Below, piece after piece: positions 61,501 to 64,000 of a DNA stretch of 64,000 bases. The first letter of the stretch is position 1. Each line of letters starts with the position of its first letter. The DNA comes from a virus. Below the pieces are notes generated by a model that worked only from the letters and a program-made list of their open reading frames with translations, had not been told where the DNA came from and made no database searches. The stretch lies in the IMG/VR virus record IMGVR_UViG_3300030333_002778, positions 25,461 through 89,460 of that record; one strand, 5' to 3'. Both the position numbers and the translations under genes were made by a program.

Positions 61501-61999
61501 TACCCGCATCATCATAACTAAATGCGCCTAATCTATCAGTACATTTAGCAGGTAAATTAATAGTTACAGCTTTTTGATCTACTGTACCTTTTCCACCATC
61601 TCCTGTCATAAGAACAGTAGAAACATATACTTTTAATTGGTCCGCAGATAATGCAAATATCCAAAATCTATTTGCATCATTGTAATTAGGAGTAATAACA
61701 ACACCTTGAGCAAATCTATTATCACCTCCTAAACCACCTAAAGTGGCTCCATCCATATATTGCTCATCTGTACTATTCCAAACTGTAGCACCATCAGTAC
61801 CAAATAACATAACCCCTTCATTATAAGATGTCCCAGGATTATAAGCACTATCTGCACAATAAGAAGCTACACCGGCAGGAGCATTTAACTCTTCAGTAAA
61901 TAATGCTGTACCAAAAAACACAGCCGATGGTGGTAATGCTCTTTCACTGATTTGTGCTCTTGTACCAAATATAAATTGTTTAAACTTACTTCCTGCCAT
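49556..61999 (-). CDS. Giant Cys-rich mosaic tail fibre/adhesin (4147 aa) with beta-propellers, Cys repeats and a metzincin domain
   Basis: Uninterrupted ORF downstream of the collar/hub genes; repeated YxLxxC...CxxC and GCxD...C.Y units; HEVMHAMGFQH. Confidence 0.75.
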   Translation of the reverse strand: MAGSKFKQFIFGTRAQISERALPPSAVFFGTALFTEELNAPAGVASYCADSAYNPGTSYNEGVMLFGTDGATVWNSTDEQYMDGATLGGLGGDNRFAQGVVITPNYNDANRFWIFALSADQLKVYVSTVLMTGDGGKGTVDQKAVTINLPAKCTDRLGAFSYDDAGTTKYGIILKEAGNNKFHVYKAAAVTGNNPNMSAVVTTAIGSSYNDNDAANNACIKFNRDATKVATIYQSTIGTSGTPVTTAKVEVFDFNKSTSVLSNYGSFDVDINDAGEQDAKRPILIPRAKAYDLEWEHGLSNTLYVPWFNTTTNKCEIRQVALNSADNTLSSSTVVPNSSSDKAFFSLYRSPYTDTVYVASPNVISNTGGYSSNYNDSYSGQYMSAITNSGSHNFQFDPEYIDFSGMSFNAGVQKGVNNIALAGEYSSSTYHSLTPCDTQVEYTMDENGRIWSLNGALDATLVADVSDIPNRANIAVQKETHYIYLLAGTGTTYKIYKIDPITSTVDSGTSLSDAGATITGYTLIAGKDGTATDLIAIVNTSGGHKYATIVIATGVTTPAGNAQAGITPLGLAVIGTDYFVTHLKRVYKNAAGTWSLLANTNAGLADSIKGLSTDDTVLYGYVDDKRYTVNQATGELTLARDITTNSGDTWNYEVNGAGIANRATLITNDSSIGTHVDKVITVSEYAGCYTVATTGSSGTTSITLLTSSDNCAACGSVGIDDTTSDYACKLLVSCCTIGSTPRRILGTTTDPGISVGSVYQITANQQNSDQLNRCVEAVSNDEALWISFGDGSLGYIETSGGTVSSTAYIQSTITPSGTIKDIAFDKHGNGYVTNTAHDLQWFVPHIDTTTRSLTSLNVFNALDFNDNDELITAGITGGVTQVQRATVDYDGTVSIVSTLNNANCAIVGDISVHMSTGTYYAIGNGAGNSTSTTDNLFSLDPTSLTVGTNADLSSTLSLGANELVKGLEIIGTKGWVLTWDAISLTCKLYPVVLSTGALDGSAITLGGKYEIAPTGLAYNNPCQYWTPFSPGVTSYVSTESCQASTTSVDCCYKLIECDSGASIYTQTNLAAYADLYVNLGTAGTCYKVHKWGDGGCLGAVDVTVVANYGSCELCNAVQDTCYRLLKCGDLSTSPVYTTSTLTPSISAYVGRVVQLEGENFCRQVDTLGTTTDLASAAAQTIINGASSCSACKFNITLTRCDDSNVQIDVDYTSSPTLHGYIGTSFAVKIASLGSSEDQYCWTVDSDIVGPHHIVYPTATLTDNYTDCTSCTNPTACYTLSSCCGTSYVADQVVSNTCGLVAGDVGKVIEAELLVSGVTYTGCWTVSSSASCTGVLKDSNITIYNSTNNGDGVVGNCDSCNTNPCEDCKELLPIDIKQAPVSVAPSVVKDIENKIITFSSPASLSSVSWKVAEFNPIHGVNWFWGKQVGLIWKTLGVPRTKNGGASNMKGWTRSSKSYAPTSTAIHSVEKDVTFGLITTKEYKRGDLLFYSDGREVFNSSHERMTNCLPGQLLDGGSGGDNKYARQQCIVVPDPSSGTTSDVFNKYYLVYNTCFDGPVKWSKINMNTVGGLGEVELVGKNTELIANSTERLAVTSTPADGSNVWWILECGTGATDGTKFRAHKVSSTGIAAPVTTTLAGNLKFNSNDSYRRNALIKVSPDNKYISISGKDEKNRDFVQLYTFNYSTGVITFVSTVIKKEEIGGVEFSPDSKYLYYACNNNTSMPVLYRKLIASNTSDQKFEFKYGVPGMSAPSSKSVNIYDMQIGPDYKMYVSTSFGYTIANNKLLVLNNITNENINDIGVYPYSLNGKNIGIGLPQYLKRCKTCNSSDNVADAVIDETYDYAEATPLSMPSGLEAYKLTQCSNATELCSSSDGTCYTGTTSSIPDSSPYGVRGLNHSWRAISNRLMPGIIDVGVAMRHQEIVDAIADLSTGEDQFVYISYSWVAPGSLLPFGISNWKDTSTSPPTLTDTRIAVLPESGPGTANATGRCNNYQPTGEGETAGQYGAGYTKSQTVTFPEFVQEVDNALRAVEGLFNSTFNTDCGYGANLTLKFLPYGDNPPLTTEANPPTPSAGNSRVEQAKVDLTSVNTFVEGSPNNYLYWTDTVLGIPDPSIYSAKGYLTDTAIVGATSIDTGVPVTNVKCGEIRFAMGLTDDARSTAPAGIVDGVYATCLRGYHQFNTLQDKWQKGGNLIIFDVNENWRKADQPNIIIDNPDGTGQILNVSIDAAAAHEVMHAMGFQHFTRQEADYDLTKNAATAQQNEYNPPITADQFDFTWWRNYGPPEQGGNTLTRFGPPFGWEEYYRNPASLNTTYVYTDPNDPSFVYDWTPAMPGNPFDYSFPMGQRTGQTAFPWGDIYTLGRIPETASIMQGWGQGLNLRDFYIVNGMPSAAATGITAETAMNWSQVDKRAVCGLYGNADPNFINMDGQCNVVPEIGGQVYYVSQAFNSTLDNAAINGGLVVWDPGADATSPTCTSCWYVEAVEVSDISDLTLGLEYQVNIEGNVDSCEDCEPAIANITCVKLTRCDTTETQYAVFEDVFETGANFDNPLYTDLDVCTESDVVAIGQTGPEVIWTSNADILSLCTTANASQELNNEGNLYVQLNEYPNVCYKVECQTCLESEPEPESTGLQAPAIFLLNETPPRARHSWGISDNYQGIDWSELGPQADAEIQLPPGFGTSTFNINYHRMSKFFEASDTPDSDIVAFGFQYQPCVNNQVFPLANTNVLQGTISSDYNSTLFLAPSCPESIWNAWRNGGAVDVGNYLWQDGDSNNSQSRCAVVIGYTNFDLFMMFHGSGAFNNLMNAAPGYDLAGVIYQLVVGGIFNPPLIHLWQDHPISYYEGLQTYTGAPMNNFRNCVVANAIYDDQGQSNMDANNCYAYAYVLMKETATVQSYNWNDVFGPFVVDVSGDPQINPFAMLGFDEFTQQVPYGFMEYLSQFDPEDNAITAEDIATAYGTGTDHHLWNRTQKIFSVDTEIMQFINPSGCASSTLAPIQNNFASLTDGNPNPIVFGWPETYGVQAEENQETPAAIPSECSCNSSVAEEVTMYASYISCGSCCNTVETCFTFTNCQDPDDTFVAYISEDTMFGSSEILEYVLGGYNFKLASAPSTVNGIDDYPFTGKCYTAEICSGIVAADGESIIGPGICGTGDCIPQGFVTILNINPYMLEITTTLSVEQANPSDSFFNECETFLPQDFYDQYTPVESAIGCLNYPPIPSYTLTPCYMSMGMTCPPITYIIPNADLDDAYLNNKVVTISDSGQYPNPNNGGQCPDINCVFTISLSEDLQIVPTNTVTVLNSYQNCEMAVEQESAVFGCNDEEALNYDPCATVNNGTCNYPLGDCMDPNAINYNPAATFDDGSCLYPVDPNIVPEKPVLTFEGQCKNTCISLDVMDDLFEKASQMCDICFPPKGLQLEPVIPNPLSTVPEEYPEGPGLTAASFPPPPLSDTLGDNVSESPDENVNPVCVTLPTGGIDFDEGPGDVELGLACECQEWNYLNNPAVADLNIAAGTSGYNWINAAIQSPYAEVNGLFNNAVGAELAPLETFVGQGIVGSEEVLTANYGTTVWEDCAQFTSYIDSDGIPPQVAFQTGAEYPCGTVLGCTDQNAYNWNPLVTVNIPSSCCYTAGCTDPAALNFDPMNCFSVPSMCVYTEPEPPEPALLPETSFGNSNIYVFLPITSEVIYDYGDNSVGNVQVKESSTWTRVLKKLIKFKNNVIVPTYNKIKLERGDNYTGKLYVIPTVYNLKGLYSSLDGAGPNAGSVMDWSPTWWIDYSSGGTKVDTLGNWSSKTAMGLQDKDYLRWFTYPLTGNKGANANTLPAKFRSIFGWTNVIPGSNPDTHPSQDYELNSRAWNTGLGNWKKYHNTLLRELMELPEGQVNPQNDRSVHAGFSDWYHEFEGGDTNPICITFMSNSIGAYHFTNPSRIISNYPAEVKPQAMKQGKGVREGDIEASKVCGKSNSRKWTWGGYSGVGYGINSLISNKNGFEVAPLYQESFKLFTSVHKYGVDQNGNKTSSGYSRFKALIIVSNYENYNVSNPSVESIDFLYHLYGAVGQGHITNRGHISCESFMEMNDAHKYSAKIVTDPNVPNPYMGKRGNQKTSFDPKLDMWGTKKAGSAGASLSRYGIRFTEGYKNYTKFTVDEFYKIMLNNLAF

Positions 62000-62003
62000 T
62001 TAT

Positions 62004-62705
62004 TTAATTTTGTAATATTATTTCACCATTTTCAAAGCATACTAGTCTTACCCATCTTTCAGATTCATGGAATCCTATATTTAGACCTATATTATTTTCT
62101 TTAGTATTTATATAATACCCTCCAATACCTTCTTGAATAGCTCCTCCGCCACCTCCTAAAAATTTTACTATATCGCCATATTTATAAGTAAAAGTAGGAA
62201 CCCATACTAAACTACCTCTAGCTTGCCAAGCTTCTTTAACATTTCCGCATACACTCCATCCACCAATATTTATTTGAGTATAGCAAGGACTATTAAAACT
62301 TTGATCTGGAGTTTCACAATAATTAGAATAAATAGGATATCCATTTTCATCTAATCCTCCTACTAACGGAGATTCTCCTAACCATTGAAAATATAAAAAT
62401 TCATCTGTAGTAGCATTATCTCTAGGAATAACTTTAACTATTTGTCCTGGTTGATATGTACTATCTTTATCCCATATAGCAGATCCTCCAGCAGTCCACT
62501 TATCACCACAATCACAAGGTTCTGGAACAAGACCACTCATAATATCTATATATGCTCCAAGGATTTTAGCTTCACATAACATATTATCATCTGCTTTTCC
62601 AAAAGCTCTTCTTAAAACAAATTCATAGACTTTATCAATAAAGCATATTTTAAGATCCTTTATCCTCTTTTCTATATCGTATTTTGTATATTTATTAAAT
62701 GCCAT
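62004..62705 (-). CDS. Tail-associated protein with two CBM5/12-like (W...Y..G..V) repeats
   Basis: WDKDSTYQPGQIV and WVPTFTYKYGDIV after a helical N-terminal domain. Confidence 0.6.
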   Translation of the reverse strand: MAFNKYTKYDIEKRIKDLKICFIDKVYEFVLRRAFGKADDNMLCEAKILGAYIDIMSGLVPEPCDCGDKWTAGGSAIWDKDSTYQPGQIVKVIPRDNATTDEFLYFQWLGESPLVGGLDENGYPIYSNYCETPDQSFNSPCYTQINIGGWSVCGNVKEAWQARGSLVWVPTFTYKYGDIVKFLGGGGGAIQEGIGGYYINTKENNIGLNIGFHESERWVRLVCFENGEIILQN

Positions 62706-63679
62706 TATAATTTTATAATATATGCTACTACATAATATTTAGGTAAAATACTAAATTTATTAGGACTAGATTTTAATCCTACTCCTCCTCCTGTATTACC
62801 AGATAATTGAACTATATGACTATGTTTACCATCTGAATTTGTAGCTGCAGCTTTAGCATCATTTGTATTTACATCTCTTGTCTTAACAGTTACGCTTTTT
62901 CCTGCAGATACATCAGTACTTACAGCTGCATCACCTGTGAAAAAATGTTGATGATTACCTCCTGATGCAATAGTTGGAGTTACATTTTGCATATCATGAA
63001 AATGAGATGGAATATTTTTAGGATGTAATTGTATATTATTACTACCATCTGTACCTCCCCCTCCTGTATTTCCAGGAGCAGCAAATGTACTATCATCTTT
63101 ACCTACAACAAATTTACCTCTTAGATCAGGAGTATTATTTGTACCATCACATAAAGCCCATCCTGAAGGAACACTAGAAGTGGATCCAGACCACATAGTT
63201 ATTATACCTTTTGGTATACCAAAACCAGAACTATTCATAAGGTTTAAAAGATTACCTACGAATATAGTTTTGCCACAAGGAACTGCTGCTGCTGTTGACA
63301 CCATCATGTCACCTCGTGTATTTCCATCATTTCCATCTGAAATATAAACTTGACTAATGGAACATCCGGGAGATCCTGGCATAGCTAATGCACTAGGTGT
63401 ACCAGGTGCAGTAGGCGCACTTGTATTTCCACCTGTTGTTGTTCCCGAACCTGTAGTTGTTGTTGTTGTTGTTCCTGTTGATCCTGATCCTGCTGAAACA
63501 CCTTCAGAATAAGTATTTGCATTATTATCAACACCTACTGCAGGAGGATAATATTGACTAACTACATTATCTGAAGTACTATCAGAATTTCCATAAGATA
63601 TTCTACCTGTTTTTCCTATTTGTGATTTATAATATTTTTTATTATTATCACAATCAGGACAATCTTTTTTATATGCCAT
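62705..63679 (-). CDS. Tail fibre protein with a phage tail-collar domain
   Basis: PKGIITMWSG...PSGWALCDGTNNTPDLRGKFVVG; HxH motifs; PKYYVVAYIIK. Confidence 0.85.
   Translation of the reverse strand: MAYKKDCPDCDNNKKYYKSQIGKTGRISYGNSDSTSDNVVSQYYPPAVGVDNNANTYSEGVSAGSGSTGTTTTTTTGSGTTTGGNTSAPTAPGTPSALAMPGSPGCSISQVYISDGNDGNTRGDMMVSTAAAVPCGKTIFVGNLLNLMNSSGFGIPKGIITMWSGSTSSVPSGWALCDGTNNTPDLRGKFVVGKDDSTFAAPGNTGGGGTDGSNNIQLHPKNIPSHFHDMQNVTPTIASGGNHQHFFTGDAAVSTDVSAGKSVTVKTRDVNTNDAKAAATNSDGKHSHIVQLSGNTGGGVGLKSSPNKFSILPKYYVVAYIIKL
63433..63480. repeat. (GTT)n microsatellite encoding a poly-Thr/Gly linker
   Basis: GTTGTTGTT tracts read as ACA codons on the - strand (GTTTTTTTGSGTTTG). Confidence 0.7.
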
Positions 63680-63688
63680 TAAAAAATA

Positions 63689-64000
63689 TTAGTTGCAAGA
63701 ATTACAAGGTCCTTTATAAGAACACAATCTATTTACTTGTTCAAATATTTTTTCAGCTTCTTTTGTTTTACCACACTCTGCTGCATAGGTTAAAGCTTTA
63801 TATAATGTGAATGCATCTAAAGCTTCTTTTCTTTTTTGATCTGTAGAGCAATCTTCACATGATCCTAAATCAGAAAACATTTTATTTACACAACATTTTA
63901 TTGTTCCATAAACCCACGCAAAACTACTTGCGCTTAACCATTGATCATTTACTTTTACTCTATATTGTATTTTATAAATACCTTGGGTCATCACATCACC
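63689..64000 (-). CDS. C-terminal part of a Cys-rich tail hub/ring-like protein, 5'-truncated
   Basis: Frame open to the window edge; CC...CEDC...YAAECG...LC..CNSC. Confidence 0.65.
   Translation of the reverse strand, partial: GDVMTQGIYKIQYRVKVNDQWLSASSFAWVYGTIKCCVNKMFSDLGSCEDCSTDQKRKEALDAFTLYKALTYAAECGKTKEAEKIFEQVNRLCSYKGPCNSCN

Noticed and set aside
16387-63810. Short + strand ORFs opposite the late genes, short - strand ORFs opposite the replication genes, and nested ORFs 35650-35946 and 55135-55341
   Set aside because: Shadow frames of long genes with antisense-type composition and no motifs
1-64000. Stop-codon reassignment (TAG or TGA), known in some Crassvirales
   Set aside because: ORFs of up to 15 kb are uninterrupted in the standard code, coding density is near complete, and TAG/TGA occur at tight gene junctions
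49556-64000. Diversity-generating retroelement or invertible tail-fibre cassette
   Set aside because: No reverse transcriptase or recombinase in the window, and no near-identical TR/VR pair seen; repeats are diverged at the DNA level

Overview
A 64 kb, AT-rich segment of a crAss-like phage genome (order Crassvirales), probably infecting a Bacteroidota host and probably environmental rather than gut. It uses the standard genetic code. The + strand arm (1-15563) carries small early/middle genes, a 750-bp non-coding island and a replication module: PolA, SF2 helicase, DnaB-like helicase, AAA ATPase, SSB, DnaG primase, rIIA/rIIB, RusA-like resolvase and PD-(D/E)XK exonuclease. The - strand arm (64000-15566) is the late tail and virion-cargo module. 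It includes tail hub/collar proteins, a 4147-aa Cys-rich mosaic fibre/adhesin, holin- and spanin-like genes, a NUMOD1-metallophosphoesterase, ring proteins, an IHF-like protein, a 1913-aa muzzle protein, and three cargo proteins ending in a 5153-aa virion RNA polymerase polyprotein (DFDID). The least explained feature is the island at 662-1378. It resolves by eye into 5-6 back-to-back RNA-like domains, each closed by its own stem, with G-U pairs and a C(UUCG)G loop all pointing to the + strand; it is a candidate polycistronic ncRNA array. Other highlights are an intact metzincin motif and host-like propeller domains in the giant fibre, an M15 peptidoglycan peptidase on a cargo protein, and two near-identical Bacteroidota-type late promoters. 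All calls come from motif recognition by eye; no searches or folding computations were run.
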